Translations under genes and position numbers: made by a program
Notes under the pieces: generated by a model
Seen by the model: only the letters and a program-made list of their open reading frames with translations
Told to the model about the DNA's origin: nothing
The model's database searches: none
Source: the human T2T-CHM13v2.0 reference genome, Homo sapiens
DNA: 64,000 nt
NCBI RefSeq assembly: GCF_009914755.1
Contig: NC_060937.1
Reading direction: 5' to 3' (one strand)
Shown: piece by piece, positions 27,521-42,220 of the stretch
How the letters are laid out: the number at the start of each line of letters is the position of its first letter
How positions within the stretch are numbered: the stretch's first letter is position 1

Positions 27521-28693
27521 TAAATTTTCCTCTATTCACTGAGTTTGCATTTAGAAAACATGTTTTGGAATCCCTTTTTAATAACTCCAGCTCCTGGACA
27601 TAGCAAGAACCTAAAGTATTTACAAAACAAAAAAAAATACTAGATAATAAAAATAATGTTTAATACCTAATTTTTTTCCCATCATTTGACCAGAAAAGTG
27701 TGTTTGCATTTTTAACATGCAAAGATGCCGTTAATATACATATATCATAGTGACTAGTCTCTAACAGCTTAAAATATTGATAAAACTATATTGCACGTAA
27801 TGAAAAGGAAGTACAAGGGTTGATACAAATCATTCCAATAAAAGCCTTTATGTGTGGAAGGCACGACGTTTTAATAAAGAAAAGTAGTTCTCACAAAACC
27901 ATCTTCAAGTAGAAGAAAAATCTGTTTTGCACTCCCTGGCATTCTAAACAACATACATGATGCCACTTTTCCATTTACTTGAATAATAGCTTTTAAAACC
28001 TTCGCAAATCCCCTAGTTTGTATTTCCTACAGAAAGTGTCTCAATAAAAGTCAGAAGCTATGTTAAATAACATGATGGATATCAGCCCTGCCCTCTGTTT
28101 CTCACAGGCCCCCATCCCAAAGATGTCTAGAGATTTCTCTAAACAGTAGGGATAATGGAGGTCCCAGCTCTGAATGAAAACTTATTGAGGCATAATGTAC
28201 TACTCAGACACATACCATGGGTGACACTGGTGAAAAATCCTGCAGCAAGCACTTGTTTCCCTGGGGAGTCATCATTGCTTGTGCCGGGGCTGGTCATCTC
28301 ACTTCAATACATTCCTTCACAGGGCTGCACTGCTTGGAAGAGCCAAGCTGCCATATGGCATATTAAAGATCTCGCCTAATAAATCTAGCTAAGCAGGCCA
28401 TTCCTTTAAGCTGCTTTTTAAAATATATGTGTATAATACAGTTTATTGGTTGTTACCAACATCTGGGCTAGGGACTGAGGACAGTTCGTATCCCACACTG
28501 AGGATGCTGGTTCCCTATTATCTGCATCATTGACTTTGAATGTTAGAAAGTATATTTTCCTGCTGATGCATGACTGTCTTTATGGGATCCTGTAGAAATA
28601 CAATGGACAATGAAATGCAGTGCTGGCAAAAAGGGACAGGGTATCTAACTCCCTTTTATTGCAATTTTGTGCACGATTATATAGCTAGAAAAA

Positions 28694-28717
28694 ATATATA
28701 TATATATATATATATAT
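28694..28717. repeat. (AT)n microsatellite
   Basis: Run of about 12 AT units after an A-tract. Confidence 0.9.
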
Positions 28718-29238
28718 GTTGTGAAATCAGAGTTGAAGATGAGGAGGTAAGTACGTTTTCTAAAATGGATTGTCAAAGTATTATCTATTTAGCTCAATGG
28801 TACAAGGCTTTCCTTTGTGGTTGTCTAATAATAACAGTGATAATGTGGTACATTTCAATATGATTTCAGAAAATATAAGTTTATTAATTTTAAATGCTTT
28901 CTCAGATAACTTCTGTCACTGCTAAGGAAAGAACAACACAACAGTGATTAATGCTAGGCACCCCACACTGTGCAAAATGAAAAGTACTGAACCTTTCACA
29001 GAGATGGCATTTTGACACAGAAAGAGTGGGCATACCATGTTATTGCCATCACAGAAAAGAAAAACTGTCATCTGAGACACATGATTTTCCATGATGTTTC
29101 TGCAACTATGGAGAGAGAAAATTGCCAAGGAAAGTAGGAACATGGATTGCTGATTACATTCATGTAGATTTATCCAACACTCTATTGTTGTCTTGGGGCA
29201 GACTTTGAGAAATGAGTAAAATAGTCTCTTTGTTACTC

Positions 29239-29544
29239 TTTTTTTTTCTCTTGAGACAGAGTCTTGTTCTGTCACCCAGGCAGGCTCGAATGAAGTGACC
29301 CGATCTTGGCTCACTGCAACCTCATCCTCTCGGTTCAAGCGATTCTCCTGCCTCAGTCCCCTGAGTAGCTGGAACTACAGGTGCATGCCACCACACCCAG
29401 CTAATTTTTTTTATTATTTTTTTCTTTTTTAGTAGCGACTGACCATGTTGGCCAGTCTGGTCTTGAACTCTTGACCTCAGGTGATCTGCTCGCCTTGGCC
29501 TCCCAAAGTGCTGGGATTACAGGCCTAAGCTACCGCCCCCATCC
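29239..29544 (-). mobile_element. AluS (diverged)
   Basis: Poly-T and dimeric antisense Alu ending cctcccaaagtgctgggattacagg. Confidence 0.92.
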
Positions 29545-29662
29545 TATCATTGCATTTTTAAGTAAAGGATTTCTTTCTTATAAGTACCATGGTCTTTTTT
29601 TCTACATACTATCACCTTGATATTAAATAAAATCAGAAGCATTATAATCAATAGGTACCCAG

Positions 29663-30036
29663 TGTCTTGGTCCATTTTCTGTTGCTTATACCAGAATACC
29701 TGTTGGAGGCTGAGAAGTCTAAGGCTGAGGTGCTACATCCAATAAGAGCCTCCTTGCTAGAAAGGACACTGCAGAGTCCTGAGAGGAGATAGGGCATCCC
29801 ATGGCTAGGAGGCTGAGCATGCTAGCTAAGGCCTCTCTTCCTCTTCTTAAAAAGCTACCAGCCGTACTCTCCCAATAGCCCATTAATCCATTAACCCATT
29901 AATCCAAATCCATTCCTGCAGGCAGAACACTCATGATTCAGTCACCTCTTAAAGGAACAACATCTCAATGCTGTCACATTGGGGATTAGCTTTCAACATA
30001 AATTTTGGAGGGGAAGGGGACATTGAAACCATAGCA
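29663..30036 (-). mobile_element. MST-family MaLR LTR (MSTD-like) with internal deletion
   Basis: tgtcttggtccattttctgttgcttataccagaatacctg...cacctcttaaagg...tttcaacataaattttggagggg...aaaccatagca. TSD-like cccag/accag. Confidence 0.8.
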
Positions 30037-30674
30037 ACCAGTTTTATAAATTTTTGATTGGTTCTCATTTTTATAACTTGATGTAATGTCATATGTGAGT
30101 CATTATTATCTTCATCTCATAATTTAGATATTTATTATAATATTCATTTTTTCTGGACTTCAAAAGACCCATCTGGTTGGCTTTTGCTATATTATGAATA
30201 TACCAACCAGCATTGGAGTATAAGTGTGTATATCTATATCTACATAGATAGATAGATATAGATATAGATTCCTATATTAGACACCAAATCTCTTCAGAAA
30301 CCACAAGTCTTTGAATGACAGCCTTGAAGAATTTAGAGCCATGTCTTCAGGGCAATCAAGATATATTCACACATAATGAAGTCTGCCGCTGAATGGACTA
30401 CAGTGTGTAGAGTCCTAAATCTGAAGCTTTGGTTAGATAGTTTTCCAATATCTTGGAAAAAACACAAGTGATGTAAGAAGAAAGAACTGAGGTACTTGGA
30501 GGAATTGAGGTATGGAAATGAATTCGGGGTAAGAACTGACTCTATTTAACATTTAAAACCATCTATTACTAAATAAGTATCTCCAATGCCAAAAGTCAGT
30601 TGATCCAGTAAAGTAGCAAACCAGGCATGGTATTACTGATTCCTCTACCTACATAAAAGGTTAAATCTCTTTAA

Positions 30675-30695
30675 CCACCAGGTGGCAATGACTCA
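30675..30695 (+). promoter_or_regulatory. CTCF core motif abutting an AP-1 site
   Basis: CCACCAGGTGGCA (30675-30687) fits CCASYAGRKGGCR; TGACTCA at 30689-30695. Motif match only. Confidence 0.45.
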
Positions 30696-31154
30696 CCAGC
30701 TTTTTGGATGTACACATTTTTACATTCTGCATTCATTCAGAGAAGATCCTTTGACAACTAGTGAGATCCCAGGCACTAATTTGTCATAACAGAATGAGCG
30801 CTGCTCTGTTAAGCAATGACTACTATGGCTACACACTGGATTAAAATGATGAGAATCACAGTTTCCTTCTGGGCCAGTGTAGAAATGCCAAAGTTTGAGT
30901 TAATTGCAGCATTCAAGGAGATGAAAGAATGTGTCTAACTTCTCTCTTCACTACAAATATTCCAGGGGAAATTACTGGAAATCCTCATATCTATATCACT
31001 CTCGCTCACCTATTGACTCACACCATGCATGAATCCAGAATTGTGAATTTTATCTTAGCTTTTGGAAACATTAAGAACAAGGAACCTTCGGAAGGAGTAG
31101 AAAACAATACTTTAAGAATATAACAAACAAATAAAAATGACTCCCAGGAAGCAA

Positions 31155-31248
31155 CATGGGGTAGAGATCAAGTACATTTAGCTGGGGTTGGAATCTGGCT
31201 TCTCCACTTACAATCAGTACCATCTTGGTTAAGGTACTAAAATCTCTG
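31155..31248 (+). mobile_element. MIR 5' half (continues at 33585-33670)
   Basis: ctggggttggaatctggcttctccacttac...catcttggttaaggtactaaaatctctg resumes as tatttcagtttcttcatctgcaaaatgggg after the Alu+L1. Confidence 0.75.
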
Positions 31249-31554
31249 GGCCAGGTGCCACAGCTCACGCCTATAATCCTACCACTTTGGGAGGCCAAGG
31301 AGGGAGGATTGCTTCAGACCAGCAGTCCATGACCAGCCTGGGCAACATAACAAGAACCTGGGCAACATAGCGAGAACAAAAAATAAAAAATATTAACTGA
31401 GTGTGGTGATGCATGCCTGTAGTCCTAGGTACTTGGGAAGCTGAGGCAGGAGGATCACTTGAGCCCAGGAGTTTGAGGCTGGAGTGAGCTATGAGTGCAC
31501 CACTGCATTCCAGCCTGGATGACACAGTGAGACACTGTCTCAAAAATAAAAATA
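31249..31554 (+). mobile_element. AluJ with internal 20-nt duplication
   Basis: AluJ diagnostics (gaggattgctt, ggatcacttgagcccaggagtttgaggctg); cctgggcaacata is repeated twice. Confidence 0.92.
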
Positions 31555-33577
31555 GGAATTTCTAGCCAGAGCAATCCTGCAAGGGAAAGAAAGAAAAGGC
31601 ATCCAAATAGGAAAAGAGGAAGTCGAACTATCTCTCTTTGCTGATATGATTCTATATCTAGAAAACCCTAAAGAATCTTCTAAAAGGCTCCTAAACCTGA
31701 TAAGCAACTTCAGTAAAGTTTCAGGATTCAAAATTATTGTTCAAAAATCAGTAATACATCTATACGCCAATAATGTTCAAGCTGAGAGCCAAATTAAGAA
31801 TGCAATTCCATTAGCAATAGCCACACACATACAAAAAATAAAAAATCTAGGACTACATCTAACCAAAGAGGTAAAATATCTCTACAAGGAGAACTACAAA
31901 ACGCTGATTTAAAAAACCAGAGATTCCACAGACAAGTGGAAAAACATTTGTCTTCTTGGATTGGAAGAATCAATGTCATTAAAATGGTCATACTTCTGAA
32001 AGCAATCTACAGATTCTACACTCTTCCTATCAAATTATCAATGTCATTTTTCACAAAAACAGAAAAAAAAATTCTAAAATTCACAGGGAACCAAAAAAAA
32101 AAACCCAAACAGCCAAAGAAATCCTAAACAAAAACAAATCCATTGGCATCATATTTCCCAACTTCAAACTATACAATAAGGCTATAATAATCAAAACAGC
32201 ATGGTACTTGTACAAACACAGACATATAGACCAATAGAACAGAACTGAGAACCCAGGAAACACACCTACAGCCATATGATCTTCAACAATGTCAACAAAA
32301 TAAGCAATGAAGAAAGGACTCCCTATTCAATAAATGGTACTGGAATAGCTGACTAGCCATATGCAGAAGCATTACACTCGACCCCCAACTTTCATGATAT
32401 GCAAAAATTAACTCAAGATAGATTAAAAATGTAAATGTAAGACCTCAAACTATAAGAATCCTGGGAGAAAACCTAGAAAACACCATTCTAGACACTGACC
32501 TTAGGAAAGAGTGTATGACTAAGCCCTCAAAGCAATTGCAGCAAACAAAAATTGACAAGTGGGACCTAATTAAACTAAATAGCTCCTGCACTGCAAAAGA
32601 AATTATCAACAGAGTAAACAGACAACCTAGAAAATGGAAGAAAATATTTGCAAACTATGCATCTGGCAAATGTCTAATATCCAGAATTTACAAGGAATTT
32701 AATTCAACAAGCAAAAAACAATCCCATTCAAAGGTTAGCAAAAGACCTGAACAGACACTTCTCAGAAAAAGACAGCAGCCAACTGACATGAAAAATGCTC
32801 AACATAACTAATTATCAGTGAAATGCAAATCAAAACCACAATGAGACAGCATCTCACATCAGTCAGAATGGCTATTATTAAAAAGTCAAAAAACAACAGA
32901 TGCTGGCAAGGCTGCAAAGAAAAGGGAATGTTTACATTCCCACTGCTGGTGGGAATGTAAATTAGTTCAGCCACTGTGGAAAGCAGTTTGGAGATTTCTC
33001 AAAGAAATAAAAATAGAAATACCACTCTATCCAGCAATCCCATTAATGAGCATATATTCAAAAGAAAATAAATCATTCTACCAAAAAGACACATGCACTC
33101 ATATGTTCATTACAGCACTATTCACAATAGTAATGTCATAGAATCAACCTAAATGCCCATCAGTGATGGATTAAAGAAACTGTGGTACAAATACACAATG
33201 GAATACTATACAGCCATAAAAAAAGAATGAAATAATGTCCCTTGTAGCAAAATGGATGCATCTGGAGGCTGTTATCCTAAGTGAATTAATGCAGGAACAG
33301 AAAACTGAATACCACATGTTCTCACTTATAAATGGAAGCTAAACACTGGGTACTCATGAACATAAACATGGAGACAATAGACACTGAGAACTCCTAGAAG
33401 GGGAAGGGAGGGAGCGAGCAAGGGTTGAAATACTATTGGGTACTATGCTTACACCTGGGTGACAGGATTATTCATACCCCAAACCTCAGCATAACGCAAT
33501 ACCCCATGTAACAAACCTGCCTATGTACCCCCAAATCTAAAATAAAGTTGAAATTATAAATAAAATAAAAATTAAAT
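31555..33577 (+). mobile_element. 5'-truncated L1PA15/16-like element (~2 kb)
   Basis: Degenerate RT motif (ctctttgctgatatgattctatatctagaaaaccct), ORF2 C-terminus and old L1PA-type 3' UTR ending aaatctaaaataaagttgaaatt. Confidence 0.92.
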
Positions 33578-33584
33578 CAAAAAA

Positions 33585-33670
33585 TAAAATATCTGTATTT
33601 CAGTTTCTTCATCTGCAAAATGGGGTCATTATGGGGAACAAATAAACTAGTAAATGTAAATCACTTTGAA
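33585..33670 (+). mobile_element. MIR 3' half
   Basis: tcagtttcttcatctgcaaaatgggg...taaatgtaaatcactttg. Confidence 0.7.
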
Positions 33671-36600
33671 TTGAAATATATTTATACGCTTACAAAAACA
33701 AACACCAAAACGAAAGTCTTAGTTTATTAGACCTACTATCCCTGTACTTACTTCCCAAAGGCTTACTTTGTCAATGATGTTATAAACAGAAAGAATTGCT
33801 TTAAAAGACCAAAGGTTCTTTCTCTCTAAATGTGCTTCTATTGAGTCACTATGGTACTAACTGTAGAAATATACGTTGAAGCTGAAAAAACAGAAGACTG
33901 CTTCATCAAGCTTTTAAACCCCCACTAAAAATAGAAACTTAAGGGGAGTTACTGACTCAGCTAAACTTTGGAAGTGGATTTAAACAAAGACAGCCCTACC
34001 TTTGTTCACCATTTTCTATAGCAAGCAGTTGTTTAAATGAAGTTTTAAACAAAATTGCTGAAAAATGCAAAATTGTAGCATGACTGACAATAAATAACCT
34101 CCCACCAATGTGTCTGTTTCTGCTCCTCAGTAGCTTTACTGGCCACTTTATTTCTCCTTATTATGAAACATTGTAGTGCAGCTGCCATCCTGTAGAGATA
34201 TCTGGTAAACATTTCATGAGACAGGCGAAGCTTTTAGAATTCCTTTTGAGCTTTGTTAAATTGAACGTGTGAAAATAAAGTTGTCCAGGGTGAAGGAGGG
34301 AAAGCATTTTTTAGTCTGGTTGGAAAGATGAAATCATGCCGGGTAGCTGGAGCTGGCAGCCCTGATTTAGTCACTGCCAAGCCCATCAACATTATTCATT
34401 CTGATTGATTAAGGAAAACATTCAGTTTATTTTCATGGAGAGATACAGTTACATCTGGTGAGCTCTTGTATCCCATCTCAATTCATAGGGGGTTTTTTAT
34501 TATGATTTTTCAGAATGAAGATGACTCTACAACAAATAAGAAGGAAGTGATAAATAACTCAGTAGTTTGTTTTTTATCTTGCAGTGGCAGAAGAAAATAA
34601 AATAACATGAAGAAAATGAAAGCTATCATGCCTTAATCTTTCAAGCTTTGTGTAAAGAGCCTACAGTTTAGTTGATTTTATACAAGTCTATTGTTATCAG
34701 ATTAATGAGATACATAGAGCTCTGTCAAACTGTTCACAGGATATTGGAGAAGTATGTATATGTTTTCAATCTTTGGCTTTCCTTAGATAAAAGCTGTTCT
34801 ATCAAAAATGTTATCCTTTTGAGAGCTGAATTCTTCATCATTAATGAATTATCCTTAGTTGTTACCCAGTGTAACTCTTAACTAGAAAAGAACAGGTGAT
34901 ATTTTTCCAAAGAAAAAAGGAGAAGAGCTCTTTCTCCATCTTGGCCTTTCCAAAACTTTCATGTGCGCCCCTCATTTTTCAAACATAGCTCATGTGAAAT
35001 GTTGAGTTGGGAGAGACTTCTGAAAAGGCTAGTTCTAGAAACTGCCTAATTGGAATGTTTTATAGCTAATAATGATTTCACATTTCTTTATTGAAATGGC
35101 AACTCCTCATAACTTAGGGTTCATAATTGACATCCCCCCCAACCCGCCACAAACACAGAAAAGTTATATTTGGAAAAAAGCACCTGTGTCATTAACCTTC
35201 GTCTCTTTTGGCATACAATAAAGTTACAGGAAAAGTTTTTCCTATAACATTTCTTAACAGTCATATGGTAGCTCATTCAGAAAGAGGCTAACCAAACCGT
35301 TCATGACATGATGGACAATCCCTTAAAATGCCTCATATTGAACATCTGTATTTGAACTTTAAGAAGTTAAAGCTCTAGAATTATCTAACCAAATAAAATA
35401 CAAATTAATAAAAGTTTTATGAAAATGTACTAAATTGGAAGTTGCCAATGATTTGAGGGAAGGCTATTTTTTTTTTCTGATCTTTCAAAGGTATTTTCCC
35501 TTACTGTTATACTCAAAGAAACACCTAGTCCACAGGAAATCTTCACATGAATTAGCAAAAAGCCCCAGCTGGGCAGCTGCACCTTTGTGGTTTGACAGGC
35601 AGCCAGTAATAATTCAAAAATCGCCCACTTTTCCAGGATGACGCAGCCTCCACAAGGAAACACGGTTTGGAGAGCAGAGCAAGGGTCTTGTGTCGTCACC
35701 TCAATTGTTTGCCTATTTTAGGGAATAACCTGTGCAATGCTCAAACAACACGTTTTTTAACTTTATAATCAGGTCCTCATCTTCTTGTTCTTTCATCTAC
35801 TAATTGAAGATGATTGAAATGGCAAAAATGGCTTCAATAAGATGACCTTAAAAGGAGGTGGGGGCAATCTTTGAAGGATCCCTGTGTTGATTTCTTTAGA
35901 GAAGAACTTTGCAAAGAGTTAAATAATGTCACTGTTATATAAGTCACATTGGATCCTTCAAGCCAGAAAATCAGTTAGTTAATTCTAATAACGGTTTAAT
36001 TGTTTATATTCAATTCATGGAATCAGAGTCAAGATATTGGAAGCTCACTTTGCCAAAGGTAAAACATCTAACATTGTAAATGTTATTGTAAAATTATTTT
36101 ATATGTTCAACATTAAGAACAAATGACTTGCTCTGTGGTGATAATACAAATTTTGGTAGAGCTCAGTGGGTAAGTGCCATGATGCAAACAATATTCTTAC
36201 TAAATTAAGAAAGCCTACAGAACAGAAAGGTTATTGGAGTCGGTTGCAGCGGACATATATTTCATAATTGCATCCAAAATCCTAATACTCTTCAAATTGG
36301 AATAGAAGTGTTGTTGTAAAAATTTACATGCATAAACACACACACACAGACTAGCTGAACTACAATTTTTGAGATGGAGTTGACATTGAACTTAAAACAT
36401 ATTTCAGCATGGTAATAGATTCTTTCTCTTTTATCTGCCTGTATTCAATAGAATTTTAGAAAGTTTGAACTTTTGAAGAAATACTTTATAAATCAAGCTT
36501 AGTGTCCTATAATTGTGTTGAGTTTCTTGTGTGAATGAGTCCTTTAAATTTTGTTCTCATTTTGTCCAAAATCAGTTGGAAATACTTAATCTAATTATTA

Positions 36601-36977
36601 AACAAAAGGAGTCTTCCCTAAAGTCTACGTTTTTAATATATTATCTTGTGGGAATAATCTTTTATTAGAAATCTTATTCAGAATTATATAAATGTATATT
36701 TATTACACAAATTCAAATGAGAGATTCCCCATCTTTGCAACATCTAAAACTGGTGAATACAAATAATAATTTGAGGCATTTTATTTGATAAGTTTTATCT
36801 TGAAAATATTTCTCAAATGAGTTTTATGACACATAAAATACAACTTTTAAAAAGATTTTTAATTAAAGATTACTTTATAAAATATATTCTGCAGAAAAAT
36901 ACCATTGGCCTGGTATTAGACACATGGCAAGTGAATCAAATATGTGAATATATACAAAGAATAATTATTTTATGTAA

Positions 36978-37091
36978 TTATTTAATAACAAGGTAAACAT
37001 CACAAGAGTTTTATATTTGTTTTTATTTCTTAGTTTATTTAATAACAAGGTAAACATCACAAGAGTTTTATATTTGTTTTTATTTCTTAGT
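36978..37091. repeat. Perfect 57-bp two-copy tandem duplication
   Basis: ttatttaataacaaggtaaacatcacaagagttttatatttgtttttatttcttagt twice with no mismatch. Confidence 0.97.
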
Positions 37092-38599
37092 TGTTTGTTC
37101 TTTGAGGCTTTTTTTGGCTGTAATGTGCATGATTATATATTTAGACTTTTAGGAAAAATATTTTTCAAAGTGTTTTTTGAATTGAACTATATTAGAGGGC
37201 CACCAGTATAGTAAAAGCCTATTTATATGTCAATACATAAATGTTTCAAAAAAATGTTGTGGCTTAATTTTTCTTAGCATTCCTTTTTGCCCTATAAAAC
37301 AATGGTCTATGGGTTTATTTTAAATTACATTTTACCTAAAAAGAATAGTCATATTTTGAATCCGTGATGAAGAGTGACATGCTCTTTCTCTCTAAATTCA
37401 TTTTCAATAATTGACCAAAATGTATTATCCCAATGGTCTGTAGTAGAGACTGAATCTCCGGAACATATCCAGGATGGTAGAAATTCATGAAGCAAGTGAA
37501 GGAGGATGAAGGTGGGACACAGACACACAAGTTAATTGCTAATTGCTCTAATTGGTTGCCATCTGTCAGATGTTACCATTTTCAAGCTACCAATATTGAT
37601 GTCATGTTATTTCAGATTGGTATTTAATGAATCCATGAAGTGTTTCCATATGTGCTTTCATCCCTAAAGAGTGATGATGATGTTGGCTCCATGTACCTCA
37701 TTTATAACTTAGATTTTCCACTGTGCTCTAATACAATTACTTTAGCAGTTTGGAAATATGCATTGTTGTATGGAAAAAAAAAAGTGGTTCAATAGATAAG
37801 ACTTTGGTGTCTAGATTTTTAAAGAGGTCATACTACTTTACTATTAATTTACAAAGAAGTCCTAATTAAAAGAAAATCTGATTTTTCCAGAGCATCAACA
37901 CCAATCATTTCAGAGGAAATTCTATTTGCCAAAACACTACAAATATTAGTTTCCATAAAAGAGAGAAATTGCGTCATAAATGAAACAATATAATTGATAA
38001 AGATGTTCATTGAGAGAAGTTATTCATAAGAATTTTTTTTCTCATGGGATTCTTTTTCCTTCCCAGTTTTATTAGATATTTACCTATGTAGAAATATCTG
38101 AAAGTTACTTGATAGGAAAAAGATTCAGTTAGTATCTGAAGCAGGAATCTTTTATATGTAGGCCTACATGCATGTAAAATATCAAAGAAAAAAATTTTAA
38201 GTACATTCAATTAAATGAACCTAATCTGTATTTAATTTAGAAGGGACATCCCTTGACATTAAAAAGGCAATGTTTAAATTCCTATCACTTATGGACACCT
38301 ACTGTCAAATCATTATTTAAAAGGAATTATTTGTGTAAACAAAAGCATAAAATAACTGGGAAACAAAAGAACTAGAAATAAACACATATGCCAGACTACT
38401 ACCTTTTTTTAAAGATAATGTTTACAAAAATTAATAGAATATACCAGCTTCTGGCCAGACATGCAAAGAGCTTCGAAGTCCTCACTCCCATCCTCATAAT
38501 TTTTTTTTCAAGTGGAATGAACCAAAACCCAACAATTTTTAGATCCATCAGAATATTCAGGTCACAGAGCAAACCTCTGACCCAAATTTGGAGAGATGG

Positions 38600-40760
<2,161 letters not shown>

Positions 40761-40798
40761 ATAGACAAAAAGACTGAAAGGTAATATTTCAAAATATA

Positions 40799-40817
40799 TT
40801 GCCTCTAGATGGTGCAA
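40799..40817 (+). promoter_or_regulatory. CTCF-like motif
   Basis: ttgCCTCTAGATGGTGCaa resembles the CTCF core. Motif match only. Confidence 0.35.
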
Positions 40818-41099
40818 CTCTATTTCTGTTCTATACTCTGCAAATAAAAAATCATGGTACTTTTACCAAAAAAAAAGATGCAATCACTAATATCTTAAAT
40901 CACTAGATTAATTCAGAAATAATTGTAGGTGACACAACAAATGAGTTTAGTTCTTTACATCATATTCTGAAATATTTTTACAATATATGATTAATATTAA
41001 TTCACAAAGAAGGATTATATCTTTGTGAAATTTTATCATAGGTTTTCACCCAATTATGTTAAAAGATAGCCAGCAAAGCAAACCTTTAATAATCATCTT

Positions 41100-42220
41100 T
41101 AATCATATGAAAGGATGCTCACCCCCACTCATAATATGGAAAAAGCCAAAGAAACTATTAATAACCATTTCTCATACATCAGATTTGTAAATTTTAAATG
41201 ACAATAAACTGGGTTGATAAGGCCACTAGAAAGCATGTATTCTCATATATTAACAGTGGAAATACAAAATAATTCCACTATTGAGAAGAATTCGGCAATA
41301 TCTAGCAGTACTACCTATGAATGTACCCTCTGATCCAGCAATTCTACTTCTAGGAATCTATCCTGATGGCATATTCTATAAATGCAAAATGACACTGGAA
41401 AAAGATTAGTTATTGCAGCATTATCTGTAACATTCAAAAGTTAGAAGTGAATGTTGACAGATAAGAATGGTGAAACAATATTGGAAAAATCAAAGCAAAA
41501 TAGCAAAAAATAAATAAAGGAAGTGGGAGATCTCTACTGGTATGGAATAATTTTCAGGACCACTGTCAAGTAAAAATAGAAAGATGCAGAATAGAAATTA
41601 CATGATATGTTTAACAAGAAAAAAGAACACACACTGATGGTATAGAGATGCTTGCAACAACAACTACAGAAAAACCCTAAAGACAATCTGGAAATTAATA
41701 AATAATGGTTACACATAGCACATGGTTGAAAGGGAAAAGAGTGTGGAGACACAGATAAAGATAAACTTCTGACTGTGCCATTTTACATAGACCTGATTTG
41801 GGGACTATGCTGATACTTTACATATTAAAATTTTAATATTCCATCAAAATGAACCAAAAAAATGCACCTTAACATTGAAACCAAAATAAAACAAGCAAAT
41901 CTAACTATGTATCAAACTGGTAACAAACCACCACAGAAGAAAAGAACAAAAATTTAATTGATACTGTTAATTGTTCATTCTTAGTAGAATATACTCCAAG
42001 GTAATAAAGAACAATAAGAAAATCTGAAACTCCTTTTGGCAATTAATTGATAATTATCATACTGGCATTATTATTTGCAAAACATATATATTTTAATATA
42101 CCCATATAAAATGTACATACACATACACACACTATATATATTCACATATATATGTGAAAAAGAAGTAATTTGATTATTAAAATTAGATTTTCAATGTTGG
42201 ACAGATATATTCAAGAATAA
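41100..42220 (+). mobile_element. Old L1ME/MC ORF2 end and 3' UTR remnant
   Basis: accctctgatccagcaattctacttctaggaatctatcct, ttattgcagcattatctgtaac. Confidence 0.7.

Noticed and set aside
28090-28752. Exon from acceptor ctctgtttctcacAG (~28107) to perfect donor GAG|GTAAGT (28746/28747)
   Set aside because: It would be ~640 nt, span an (AT)n repeat and have no coherent ORF. Isolated splice motifs are expected by chance.
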